Shown here: one piece after another, positions 41,201-55,629 of the stretch
Position numbering within the stretch: the stretch's first letter is position 1
Layout of the letters: every line of letters begins with the position of its first letter
From: Eledone cirrhosa
Taxonomy: Eukaryota
Direction: 5' to 3'
NCBI GenBank assembly: GCA_964016885.1
Contig: OZ024741.1
Coordinates: 41,540,001-41,604,000, forward strand
Length of the DNA stretch: 64,000 nt
The notes under the pieces: model-generated
What the model was told of the DNA's origin: nothing
The model's input: only the letters and a program-made list of their open reading frames with translations
Databases searched by the model: none
Made by a program: the position numbers and the translations under genes

Positions 41201-43088
41201 ATCATCATCATCATCATCATCAGGTTTAGCGTCCGTGTTCCACGCTTGCATGGGTTTGGACGGGGGTTTTCCCACTTGAGGCAAGAGTGGTTGTCTTGCT
41301 CGCATAGGACTGTCTGGCGGGTTTTCTACAGTTGGATGCCCTTCCTAACACCAACCACATTTACAGTGTGGGGCTGGGAGGTTTTTACCGTGTTGCCTAC
41401 ACGGCCACATTACAGCGTGAACTGTCTGGCGGGTTTTCTACAGCTGGATGCCCTTCCTAACACCAACCACATTTACAGTGTGGGGCTGGGAGGTTTTTAC
41501 CGTGTTGCCTACACGGCCACATTTACAGCGTGGACTGTGTGTTTTTTATCGTGACACCTACACGATCTCATTTGTTTCGGCCTGGATGTTGTGGGACCAA
41601 CATAACTTTACATTGAAAGGGGCGGTGTGGGTGGGGTGGAGGTGGTGGGACGGGGGTGTGTTTTGATAGAGGTGCCTACTGACTGTAGTAGGTTTTTACT
41701 TTGTATTTAGGTAAGGCGGGTCTTCTCTATTACTGAGTACCGCCAAAGGTCTCGGTCCAGTGACATTGTCTTGGAGAGGTGTAAGCGTGTGAGGTCGGAA
41801 TTTATCAGCTCGTCCCATGTTTTTCTGGGTCTGCCTACTCCGTGGCTACCGTCTATCTTTATTGCCCTGCACTTTGTTATACAGCTGTCGTCTTTCATGC
41901 GCATCACGTGACCGTACCAACGTAGCCTTCTCTCGAGTAAACAACATCTGATCCCTCTTATTTCTAATTTTTTCCTTAGTTCGTTTATGCTTTGCCGTTC
42001 ACGTATATTACTATTGCACATCCAGCGGAGCATGCAAGCTTCGTTCCTCTCTAGTCTGCGTATATCCTCTGCACACAATGCCCAGGTCTCACTGCCATGC
42101 AGCATTGCTGTTCGTATGCAGGCATCGTATAACCTGCCTTTCATTTTTAGGGAGAACCCTCTAGCGGCTAATAGTGGTATAAGCTCTCTGAACTTTTTCC
42201 ATCCAGTTCTGACTCTAGCTACTGTACTTTCAGAGCACCCTCCCCCACTGCTGATTTTGTCACCCAGATAACGGAAGCTGTCCACTATTTCTATAGAACC
42301 CTCTGCGCAGTTGAAGGAGCTAGTATTTTGTGGGCACTTGCTGCTACTTATTGCACCAGAGCACCGGCCACATGTAAAATCTATGTTCTTAGTTAGCTTA
42401 CCTGTGATCCCACTACATCTTTTATGCACCCATACTTTGCATTTGGGACATAAAATGGAGTTTCTACCTACGCCTTTCCTACACACTGAGCATGGCCATT
42501 TCCCCGATGGGACCGCCGCCTTATTTTCTTTCCTACAAACTAGAACTTTAGTCTTAGCCAGGTTAATTTTAAGGCCTTTTGATTCTAGGCCGTGCTTCCA
42601 CGTTTGGAATTTCTTCTCTAGTTCGGTCATTGATTCAGCTATGAGCGTTAGATCATCTGCGTATAGGAGTTCCCATGGGCAGCTGGTCTTGAACTCCTCT
42701 GTTATAGCCTGAAGGGCAATAATAAATAGTAGGGGGCTAAGTACAGAGCCCTGATGGACACCAACTTTTACGCTAAACTCTTCACTATATTCGTTGTTAA
42801 TTCTAACCTTACTGACTGTTTCTTTATACATGGCTTGTATAGCTCTCACAAGCCATTCGTCAACACCTAGTTTTCTAAGAGACCACCAGATAATGGAACG
42901 GGGGACTCTGTCGAAGGCTTTCTCCAAGTCGACAAAAGCTAAGTATAGGGATTTACTTTTAGCTAGGTACTTCTCCTGTAGTTGTCGTACAATGAAAAGA
43001 GCGTCTGTGGTACTTTTGCCTGACACAAACCCGAACTGCATTTCATCTAGATCAATTCTCTCTCTGATTAGTTGCGCTATTACTTTTT
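41201..43088 (-). mobile_element. RTE family A copy (RT to end, open ORF 41707-43088) with a duplicated 3' UTR segment
   Basis: Near-identical to 1-1459. 41309-41419 is repeated at 41421-41532. Confidence 0.95.
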
Positions 43089-43293
43089 CATATATATATA
43101 TACATATATATATATACATATATATACATATATATATACATGAACATATATGTATATATATGTATGTATATATATATATACATATATATATATATACATA
43201 TATATATACATATATATATATCTATATATATATACATATATATATATATACATATATATACATATATATATATTCATATATTCATATATATAC

Positions 43294-43324
<31 letters not shown>

Positions 43325-43435
43325 CATATATATATATATACATATGTATATATATATACATATGTATATATATATATATACATATGTATATATATATATA
43401 CATATGTATATATATATACATATATATATATATAC

Positions 43436-43632
43436 ATGACCACACAAAATTCAAGAAGTCTTTGGACAACTTTCTCCAAGTAATCCCGGACAAACCACCC
43501 ACACCCGGATATGTCTCCGCAAACAGTAATTCTCTTCTCGAATGGGCCATGGTGCCCAAATCCTGAATTGAAAGACTTCGCCAGGTGGTGCTATTAAGTT
43601 AGACATGGCCTGGGCCAATACTGGCCAAAACA
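43436..43632 (+). mobile_element. CR1-group LINE extreme 3' end
   Basis: [27 protein letters not shown] followed by a short repeated tail (TTCAAAGTTA)2. Confidence 0.7.
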
Positions 43633-43650
43633 TTTCAAAGTTATTCAAAG

Positions 43651-43706
<56 letters not shown>

Positions 43707-43709
<3 letters not shown>

Positions 43710-43824
43710 AAACACACGCACCAGTTGCTTTCACTTCAATTTATTATAAATTAAATTAATATATATATACATATACATATATATATATATATTTGTATAC
43801 ACATATATGTATACATATATATAC

Positions 43825-43883
<59 letters not shown>

Positions 43884-43926
43884 AATATATATATACATAT
43901 ACATTATGTATATATATATATGTATG

Positions 43927-43974
<48 letters not shown>

Positions 43975-44054
43975 CATATATATATATACATACATTTATA
44001 TATATACATATATATATATACATATATATATATACATATATGTATATATATGTA

Positions 44055-44086
<32 letters not shown>

Positions 44087-44093
44087 CATATAC

Positions 44094-44125
<32 letters not shown>

Positions 44126-44235
44126 GTATATATATGTATATATATATATATATATATATGTATATGTATATGTATATATATATAAATTTAATTTATAATA
44201 AATTGAAGTGAAAGCCATTGGTGCGTGTGTTTCTT
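43707..44235. repeat. About 55-bp inverted repeats flanking a TA-rich spacer; third copy at 40964-41020
   Basis: AAGAAACACACGCACCA..GCTTTCACTTCAATTTATTATAAATTAAATT and its reverse complement. Confidence 0.8.
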
Positions 44236-44239
44236 ATTG

Positions 44240-45309
44240 GCAACATGGCAATTCCTGGCACTTCTTCACCCATCGGGCATCCTCCATGCGCATCACATGT
44301 CCATACCACCTCAGTCTCCTCTACCGTACATTACATTCTATCCCTCTGAGACACAGTTTCTCTCTCAACACATTCATGCTGGGTCGTTCACACAAATTTA
44401 CACTGCACATCCAACGGAGCATGCTTGCCTCATTTTTCTCCAGCCGTCGCATATCCTCTGCAGTTGCTGCTCATGTCTCACTACCATGCAGCATCGCGCT
44501 CCTCACAAAAGCATAATACAATCTGCCTTTCGTACGCAGGGAGAAACCCTCCTTCGTCAACAGAGGAAGCAACTTCCTAAACTTCTTCCTACCCGTCTGA
44601 TCTCCTAGGTACCGGAAGCTATCCACCACTTCTATAGCACCCTCCTGCATTTGAAAAATGTGTCTATCAATGCGTCTTCTACTGTATAATTTCAATGTAC
44701 ATCTAGTGCATACATATTTCTCCCTACCTATTAATTTGCCCCTATCCTGCTACATCTCTTGTGTACCCAGGATCTGCATTGTGTGCATTTTATAGAATTT
44801 ATGCCAGTTCCTTTTCTGCATATCGAACATGGCCATTGTCCTGACGGAATCAGAGTTTTGTCCTCTTTTCTACTCATCAACACTTTTGTCTTAGCTAGGT
44901 TCACTCTCAGTCCTCTTGCTTCCAACTGCTGTTTCCATAGCCAGAATTTATTCTCTAGCTCCTCTACTGATTCTGCTATAAGAACCAGATCGTCAGCATA
45001 GAGAAGTTCCCATGGACAGCCAGTCTTAAGCTCCTCTGTTATGGCTTGTAGGACTATAATGAACAAGAGCAGGCTGAGGACCGATGTACTCCTACTTGTA
45101 TCTGGAATTCCTCTCTAAACTCCATTCCTACCCTGACTTTACTGACAGTACCTCTGTACAAAGTTTGCACTGTCCTCACAAGCCATTCCTCAACACCTAG
45201 TTTCCTTAGGGACCACCAGATGACAGATCGGGGTACCCTATCAAAGGCCTTCCCAGACACAAAACCAAACTGCATCTCATCTAGTTTGACCCTTTCTCTA
45301 ATTAGTTGT
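44240..45309 (-). mobile_element. RTE family B fragment with deletions (RT and PHD region)
   Basis: [38 protein letters not shown]. Confidence 0.88.
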
Positions 45310-45333
45310 ATATATATATACACATACATATAC

Positions 45334-45368
<35 letters not shown>

Positions 45369-45502
45369 CATATATATATATATATACATACATATATACA
45401 TATATATATGCTAGCGTGGAATATAGACGTTAAACGATGATGATGATGATATATACATACATACATATATATTCATACACATATATATACATACATACAT
45501 AT

Positions 45503-45561
<59 letters not shown>

Positions 45562-45647
45562 CATACATATATATAATCATCATTTGTTGTGCTCATATAA
45601 GTGAATATGCAGACATGCATCCATACATACATACATTCACCACACGT

Positions 45648-45680
<33 letters not shown>

Positions 45681-46017
45681 CAAACTTGAATGCACACATG
45701 CATATATTCATATGTTTGTCTGCAGAAATGAACATACATACAAATACAAATAAGCGGAAATACAAATAAGAGGATGTTGTACACACTACTTTATACAAAT
45801 ACAAATATATTTAATCTTGAAGAGAGAAGGAATAAATTGCCATAGCAACCTAAAATTAATAACTCTGGCTAGAGGAAGTGATTTTGTGTCATACAATCAA
45901 TTAGCAATGTTACTAAATTATATATATACACACACACATATATTTGTACACACATATATATATACACACATATATATATATATACACACACACACATATA
46001 TACACACACACATATAT

Positions 46018-46408
46018 ATCATCATCATCATCATCATTTTACGTCCGCTTTTCCCTGCTTGCAAGGGTGGGACGGGTCTTATTCAGCACAGCATCTATCC
46101 ACTCGTCACGGTCCCTCGTCATCTCCACCGTGAGCTTCAATGATCTGAGGTCTGTTCTCACCACCTCCGCCCATGTTTTTCGTGGTCTCCCTCTACCACG
46201 TCTTCCTTCAACTGGCATTTCCTGGCACTTCTTCACCCATCGGTCATCCTCCATGCGCATCACATGTCCATACCACCTCAGTCTCCTCTCCCGTACACTA
46301 CATTCTATCCCTCTCAGACACAGTTTCTCTCTCAACACATTTATGCTGGGTTGTTCACGCACATTTACACTGCACATCCAACGGAGCATGCTTGCCTCAT
46401 TTCTCTCC
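46018..46408 (-). mobile_element. RTE family B, 3' copy
   Basis: [31 protein letters not shown] and (GAT)n tail. Confidence 0.9.
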
Positions 46409-46634
46409 ATATATATATATACACACACACATATATATATATACACACACATATATATATATGCACATATATATATGCACATATATACACACATATATAT
46501 ATATATATATACACACATATATACATATACACACGCACACATATATACACACACACATATATACACACACAGATATATATATACACACACATATATATAT
46601 ACACACATACATATATATATATATATATATTTAT

Positions 46635-46719
<85 letters not shown>

Positions 46720-46727
46720 ATATATAA

Positions 46728-46856
46728 CTACCCAACTTTAAAATCTTCCCCTTCTACAAGTGCTCAGATTCGTTCACACAGCAACAAAGAATAAACAAAG
46801 AAAATCTATTCCTCAACAAATTTAAACCAAAACTAAACGGGTTATCACCCCAATAG
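46728..46856 (+). pseudogene. C-terminus of a Penelope-like element ORF (end of the GIY-YIG endonuclease)
   Basis: Manual translation: [42 protein letters not shown]. Fits the R..KE..F..KFKP.LN pattern of PLE GIY-YIG C-termini. Confidence 0.65.
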
Positions 46857-47315
46857 AATTGTCATAAAATATAAACACACATACGCACGGAATCACTACT
46901 ATTAAAGACCAGAGACCAATTCTGTAGAATCAGGTTTATTCATTGACAGACCATGCCTTTGTGTGACCAACACATCCATGTTAAACCCTGCACGTGCACA
47001 CACATATATCTATATATATATGCGCACACAGAATTCACCACTGTCGGTTGCGGGGCCCAATCTACATGAAGAACTCAATGTGATCAGAATGACTTCTATT
47101 TTAATTTCACTGCCCCAACTTCTTATATTATGGAAAAAATATATGTGTCTGTATGTATATATATATATATATATTTGAAGGCCATTTCTCTGTGTGTGGG
47201 TGTATGTATGTGTATATGTGTGTGTGTGTGTGTGTGTATGTGTGTGCATGTGGATGTATGTATTGTGTGTGCGTGTGTGTGTGTATGTGTGGGTATCTGG
47301 ATGTATGCGTATGTG

Positions 47316-47352
<37 letters not shown>

Positions 47353-47481
47353 ATATATATATGTGTGTGTATGTGTGTATATATATGTGTGGGTGTGTGT
47401 ATGTTTGTATGTGTGTATGTATATATATATGTGTGTGTATGTGTATATATATATGTGTGTGTATGTATGTGTGGGGGGGGG

Positions 47482-47581
<100 letters not shown>

Positions 47582-47610
47582 GTGTATCTGGATGTATGTG
47601 TATGTATATA

Positions 47611-47641
<31 letters not shown>

Positions 47642-48040
47642 GTGTGTGTGTATGTGTATATATGTGTGTGTGTGTATGTGTGTATGTATATGTATATATG
47701 TGTGGATGAAGGTATGTGTGTATATATAGGTGTAAGTGCACTAAATCCCTTTCTATCACGCTCCACTCTCCTACCCATCACAGGAAGATATGTGTATGTA
47801 TATTGCTTCCACCCTCTCACTGACCAGCAGCTGGCCAGTTGGTGATTGCTAAATCTGACCTTTATAAAATAACCCACACCCCAAATAACTTCTCATTCAC
47901 TACCAGAAAGGGACACAGCAGTCAACCTGTTGTTGCTACCTAGATGAAAACTGCTATGAAATCCCACAATGAATTTTATACTTGAATTTTCAAGTCTCAA
48001 ATTTTAACTCTTCGTATTATTAATTTTTCTTAATATTAAT

Positions 48041-48090
48041 CAACATTTGAAAAGATGGCTTTTGCAGACCCATCGAAACCGGTCATTTTT
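48041..48090 (+). ncRNA. Minimal hammerhead, U3:A8 variant, weak stem I
   Basis: TTGAAAA-GATGG..CCATC-GAAA-C-CG-G-TC, with palindromic ACCGGT in stem III. Confidence 0.6.
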
Positions 48091-48236
48091 TATACCCTTT
48101 ATTATTTCCTTACCTTATAAAATTATGTTTTTTCACAAAAAAGTATTCTGTCTCTTATATATTCCATGTGCCATTACCAACCTCAATTTTCTCTATAACC
48201 TTCGTTTTGTGTAGAAAATTACACTTTTCATATATT

Positions 48237-48267
<31 letters not shown>

Positions 48268-48319
48268 ATATTTATATCATACATATATATATATATTTAT
48301 ATCGCATATATATATATCA

Positions 48320-48769
48320 TCTATATATCTAAAACAGAGAATATCTGTCTGTCTGTCTGACTGACTCCCTAAAACTCGAGAACCACCCAACCAATTGTTT
48401 TCAAACTTTACACATGTAAGTGTTTTGAGAAAAGATATTTCAAATTTTCAATGATCTAGGGACCGCATTAGGAGATTTAGCGATCTCTCTCTATAAGTCT
48501 TAGTCTTTCTCTTTAGATAGATACAGAGATATAACGTTGTGCCCTTATAATATCTGTATGCATGTCTGATTGTCTGCATTACGACATTATGCCGCTGTGT
48601 GTGTGTGTATGTGTATATATGTATATATAGTGTGTGTGTATATATATATAGAGTGTGTGTAACGTTTTTCGAAATATTTACTTCTGCGTTCACAGATTGA
48701 TTTTTTTAGTTTCAGAAGATCCTGTTAAGGGTGAAAGCAGCGACTCTTTGCTTAAACTTTAATCTGTTA

Positions 48770-48823
<54 letters not shown>

Positions 48824-48970
48824 TGTATTCGTGTACAGATATTTTTGCATACACAATAAAAAAAATATAAACAAACCTATTTATTTTGTGAGGCTCGATA
48901 AGGATAATTATATATCAAATATATACAAGGCCTGGAGCAAATCCCGAGCAACGCCGGGCCATTCTTCTAG
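48320..48970 (+). mobile_element. Non-autonomous Helitron
   Basis: 5' TC after A, (GTCT)n near the 5' end, 3' hairpin CCCGAGCAACGCCGGG then CTAG|T. Confidence 0.8.
48708..48758 (+). ncRNA. Hammerhead-like motif with CAGAAGA core, inside the Helitron
   Basis: Same architecture as 13796-13846. Confidence 0.5.
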
Positions 48971-49377
48971 TCTATAAATATATATGATATATTATATACA
49001 TGTATATTTATATCATATATATATATTAATATCATATATATTTATGATATAATATATATATATGATATATCATATTTATATTTATATCATATATATTTCA
49101 TATATATATATATTTATATCATATATATATATATGATATATCATATATATATGTATATATATATATGATATATCATATATATATGTATATATATATATGA
49201 TATATCATATATATATGTATAGATATATATGATATATTATATATATATATATATAATATATATATATATTTATATCATATATATATATATGATATATCAT
49301 ATATATATATATGTATATATATATATCATATATATACGATATTAAATAAATGGAAACTATATTTATAAAACCATATT

Positions 49378-49443
49378 TATTTCATTATATATATTTCAGG
49401 GATATCATATTAAAAATATGGTATGCCTTCTTCAGACAAAATA
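49378..49443 (-). ncRNA. Minimal hammerhead (CTGAAGA core, TATATA palindromic stem III); duplicate at 51583-51648
   Basis: Homolog of 36587-36651 with a divergent stem II that can still pair. Confidence 0.7.
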
Positions 49444-49563
49444 CAATATAAACAGTCTTATAAATAGATAGATTTGACATACCTTACAACTTCAACTTCC
49501 ATTTAAAAAGTTGATTTGGTAGTGAAAAATGTTAGGGACAGTTATAAAAAGAGAGAAAGAAAG

Positions 49564-49683
49564 AAAGCGAAGAAAAAGAAGAAATGCATGCAACGAAAAA
49601 CAGAGAGAGATAGATATAGAGAGATAGAGATATCTATCTCTCTCTGTTTTTCGTTGCATGCATTTCTTCTTTTTCTTCGCTTT
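49564..49683. repeat. Fold-back hairpin (54-bp arms, 12-nt loop); duplicate at 51769-51888
   Basis: AAAGCGAAG..GATAGATAT / ATATCTATC..CTTCGCTTT. Confidence 0.9.
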
Positions 49684-51310
49684 TCCACCCCTTTCTCTCT
49701 CTCCTAAACATCCTCTCTCACTCTTCCACCCCTTTCTCCCTCTCCTAAACATCCTCTCTCACTCTTCCACCCCTTTCTCCCTCTCCTAAACATCCTCTCT
49801 CACTCATGCACCCCTTTCTCTCTCTCCTAAACATCCTCTCTCACTCTTCCACCCAATTCTCCCGCTCCTAAACATCCTCTCTCACTCTTCCACCCCTTTC
49901 TCTCTCTCCTAAACATCCTCTCTCACTCTTCCACCCCTTTCTCTCTCTCCTAAACATCCTCTCTCACTCTTCCACCCCTTTCTCCCTCTCCTAAACATCT
50001 TCTCTCACTCTTCCACCCCTTTCTCTCTCTCCTAAACATCTTCTCTCACTCTTCCACCCCTTTCTCCCTCTCCTAAACATCTTCTCTCACTCTTCCACCC
50101 CTTTCTCTCTCTCCTAAACATCCTCTCTCACTCTTCCACCCCTTTCTCTCTCTCCTAAACATCTTCTCTCACTCTTCCACCCCTTTCTCTCTCCTAAACA
50201 TCTTCTCTCACTCTTCCACCCCTTTCTCTCTCTCCTAAACATCTTCTCTCACTCTTCCACCCATTTCTCCCGCTCCTAAACATCCTCTCTCACTCTTCCA
50301 CCCCTTTCTCTCTCTCCTAAACATCCTCTCTCACACTTCCACCCCTTTCTCTCTCTCCTAAACATCCTGTCTCACTCTTCCACCCCTTTCTCCCTCTCCT
50401 AAACGTCCTCTCCTAAACGTCCTCTCTCACTCTTCCACCCCTTTCTCCCTCTCCTAAACGTCCTCTCTCACTCTTCCACCCCTTTCTTTCTCTCCTAAAC
50501 ATCTTCTCTCACTCTTCCACCCCTTTCTCTCTCTCCTAAACATCCTCTCTCACTCTTCCACCCCTTTCTCCCTCTCCTAAACGTCCTCTCTCACTCTTCC
50601 ACCCCTTTCTATCTCTCCTAAACATCTTCTCTCACTCTTCCACCCCTTTCTCTCTCTCCTAAACATCTTCTCTCACTCTTCCACCCCTTTCTCTCTCTCC
50701 TAAACATCCTCTCTCACTCTTCCACCCCTTTCTCCCTCTCCTAAACATCTTCTCTCACTCTTCCACCCCTTTCTCTCTCTCCTAAACATCTTCTCTCACT
50801 CTTCCACCCCTTTCTCCCTCTCCTAAACATCTTCTCTCACTCTTCCACCCCTTTCTCTCTCTCCTAAACATCCTCTCTCACTCTTCCACCCCTTTCTCTC
50901 TCTCCTAAACATCTTCTCTCACTCTTCCACCCCTTTCTCTCTCCTAAACATCCTCACTCACTCTTCCACCCCTTTCTCTCTCTCCTAAACATCCTCTCTC
51001 ACTCTTCCACCCCTTTCTCTCTCTCCTAAACATCTCTCACTCTTCCACCCCTTTCTTCTCTCTCATAAACATTCTCTCTCACTCTTCCACCCCTTTCTCC
51101 CTCTCATAAACGTTCTCTCTCACTCTTCCACCCCTTTCTCCCTCTCCTAAACATCCTCTCTCACTCTTCCACCCCTTTCTCTCCCTCCTAAACGTCCTCT
51201 CTCACTCTTCACCCCTTTCTCTCCCTCCTAAATGTCCTCTCTCACTCTTCCACCCCTTTCTCCCTCTCATAAACATCCTCTCCCACTCTTCCACCCCTTT
51301 CTCTCTCTCA
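49684..51310 (+). repeat. 41-bp pyrimidine-rich minisatellite, array 1 (about 40 units)
   Basis: Unit CTCTTCCACCCCTTTCTCTCTCTCCTAAACATCCTCTCTCA. TAAAC at 49705 and 49746. Confidence 0.95.
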
Positions 51311-51381
51311 TGCTATTTCCTGATGAAGGACTAACATCTAAAACAATACAACTCTTTTCGTAATATTTCAAGTGTATATAT

Positions 51382-51455
<74 letters not shown>

Positions 51456-51888
51456 ATATAATATATATATATATTTATATCATATATATATATATGATAT
51501 ATCATATATATATATATGTATATATATATATCATATATATACGATATTAAATAAATGGAAACTATATTTATAAAACCATATTTATTTCATTATATATATT
51601 TCAGGGATATCATATTAAAAATATGGTATGCCTTCTTCAGACAAAATACAATATAAACAGTCTTATAAATAGATAGATTTGACATACCTTACAACTTCAA
51701 CTTCCATTTAAAAAGTTGATTTGGTAGTGAAAAATGTTAGGGACAGTTATAAAAAGAGAGAAAGAAAGAAAGCGAAGAAAAAGAAGAAATGCATGCAACG
51801 AAAAACAGAGAGAGATAGATATAGAGAGATAGAGATATCTATCTCTCTCTGTTTTTCGTTGCATGCATTTCTTCTTTTTCTTCGCTTT

Positions 51889-53132
51889 TCCACCCCTTCT
51901 CTCTCTCCTAAACATCCTCTCTCACTCTTCCACCCCTTTCTCCCTCTCCTAAACATCCTCTCTCACTCTTCCACCCCTTTCTCCCTCTCCTAAACATCCT
52001 CTCTCACTCATGCACCCCTTTCTCTCTCTCCTAAACATCCTCTCTCACTCTTCCACCCATTTCTCCCGCTCCTAAACATCCTCTCTCGCTCTTCCACCCC
52101 TTTCTCTCTCTCCTAAACATCCTCTCTCACTCTTCCACCCCTTTCTCTCTCTCCTAAACATCCTCTCTCACACTTCCACCCCTTTCTCTCTCTCCTAAAC
52201 ATCCTGTCTCACTCTTCCACCCCTTTCTCCCTCTCCTAAACGTCCTCTCTCACTCTTCCACCCCTTTCTCCCTCTCCTAAACGTCCTCTCTCACTCTTCC
52301 ACCCCTTTCTTTCTCTCCTAAACATCTTCTCTCACTCTTCCACCCCTTTCTCTCTCTCCTAAACATCCTCTCTCACTCTTCCACCCCTTTCTCCCTCTCC
52401 TAAACGTCCTCTCTCACTCTTCCACCCCTTTCTATCTCTCCTAAACATCTTCTCTCACTCTTCCACCCCTTTCTCTCTCTCCTAAACATCTTCTCTCACT
52501 CTTCCACCCCTTTCTCTCTCTCCTAAACCTCTCTCACTCTTCCACCCCTTTCTCCCTCTCCTAAACATCTTCTCTCACTCTTCCACCCCTTTCTCTCTCT
52601 CCTAAACATCTTCTCTCACTCTTCCACCCCTTTCTCCCTCTCCTAAACATCTTCTCTCACTCTTCCACCCCTTTCTCTCTCTCCTAAACATCCTCTCTCA
52701 CTCTTCCACCCCTTTCTCTCTCTCCTAAACATCTTCTCTCACTCTTCCACCCCTTTCTCTCTCCTAAACATCCTCACTCACTCTTCCACCCCTTTCTCTC
52801 TCTCCTAAACATCCTCTCTCACTCTTCCACCCCTTTCTCTCTCTCCTAAACATCTCTCACTCTTCCACCCCTTTCTTCTCTCTCATAAACATTCTCTCTC
52901 ACTCTTCCACCCCTTTCTCCCTCTCATAAACGTTCTCTCTCACTCTTCCACCCCTTTCTCCCTCTCCTAAACATCCTCTCTCACTCTTCCACCCCTTTCT
53001 CTCCCTCCTAAACGTCCTCTCTCACTCTTCCACCCCTTTCTCTCCCTCCTAAATGTCCTCTCTCACTCTTCCACCCCTTTCTCCCTCTCATAAACATCCT
53101 CTCCCACTCTTCCACCCCTTTCTCTCTCTCAT
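51889..53132 (+). repeat. 41-bp minisatellite, array 2 (about 30 units)
   Basis: Same unit, same flanks and same order of variant units as array 1. Confidence 0.95.
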
Positions 53133-53194
53133 GCTATTTCCTGATGAAGGACTAACATCTAAAACAATACAACTCTTTTCGTAATATTTCAAGT

Positions 53195-54158
<964 letters not shown>

Positions 54159-54221
54159 GAGAGACGTAAAATAAGAAAATTATAAAATTAACTTACTTAC
54201 TTTTCCTAAACTTTGCATATA

Positions 54222-55328
54222 TCATCATCATCATCATCATCAACGTTTAACGTCCGTGTTCCACGCTTGCATGGGTTTGGACGGGGGTAGTCCCACTTGA
54301 GGCAAGAGTGATTGTCTTGCTCGCATAGGACTGTCTGGCAGGTTTTCTACAGTTGGATGCCCTTCCTAACACCAACCACATTTACAGTGTGGGTCTGGGA
54401 GGTTTTTACCGTGTTGCCTACACGGCCACATTACAGCGTGGACTGTGTGTTTTTTGTCGTGACACCTACACGATCTCATTTGTTTCGGCCTCGATGGCGC
54501 GGCACCAACATAACTTTACATAGAACGGGGTGGTGTGGATGGGGTGGGGTGGTGGTGGTGGGACGGGGTGTATTTTGTTAGAGATGCCTACTGGCTGGAG
54601 TAGGTTTTACTATATATTTTTAGGTAAGGCGGGTCTTCTCTGTTACTGAGTACCGCCAAAGGTCTCGGTCCAGTGACATTGTCTTGGAGAGGTGTAAGTG
54701 TGTGATGTCGGAGTTTATCAGCTCGTCCCAGGTTTTTCTAGGTCTGCCTATTCCGTGACTACCGTCTATCTTTATTGCCCTGCACTTTGTTATACAGCTA
54801 TCGACTTTCATGCGCATCACGTGTCCATACCAACGTAGCCTTCTCTCGAGTAAACAACATCTGATGCCTCTTATCTCTAATTTTTTCCTTAGTTCGTTTA
54901 TGCTTTGCCGTTCACGTATATTACTGTTACACATCCAGCGGAGCATGCAAGCTTCGTTCCTCTCTAGTCTGCGTATATCCTCTGCACACAATGCCCAGGT
55001 CTCACTGCCATGCAGCATTGCTGTTCGTATGCAGGCATCGTACAACCTGCCTTTCATTTTTAGGGAGAACCCTTTAGCAGCTAATAGTGGTATAAGCTCT
55101 CTGAACTTTTTCCAACCAGTTCTGACTCTAGCTACAGTACTTTCAGAGCACCCTCCCCCACTGCTGATTTTATCGCCCAGGTAACGGAAGCTGTCCACTA
55201 TTTCTATAGAACCCTCTGCGCAATTGAAAGAGCTAGTAGTTTGTGGGCACTTGCTGCTACTTATTGCACCAGAGCACCGGCCACATGTAAAATCTATGTT
55301 CTTAGTTAGCTTACCTGTGATCCCACTA
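54222..55328 (-). mobile_element. RTE family A copy, truncated inside the PHD finger
   Basis: ORF 54620-55198, 3' UTR and (GAT)n tail. Confidence 0.92.
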
Positions 55329-55466
55329 TATCATATATATATATATTTATATCATATATATATGATATATGATATATATATGTATATATATATATCATAT
55401 ATATATATATTTATATCATATATATAACAAAGGAAAAAAAAGTATATATATAGCAAAGGAAAAAAC

Positions 55467-55534
55467 AGTATGACCCCGACGGCAGAACTCAAGCCGTTTC
55501 GAAACGGCTTGAGCTCTGCCGTCGGGGTCATACT
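55467..55534. repeat. GC-rich palindrome with no spacer (34-bp arms, 1 mismatch)
   Basis: AGTATGACCCCGACGGCAGAACTCAAGCCGTTTC|GAAACGGCTTGAGCTCTGCCGTCGGGGTCATACT. Confidence 0.9.
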
Positions 55535-55571
55535 TTTTCCTATATCATATATATATATATATATTTATATC

Positions 55572-55629
<58 letters not shown>

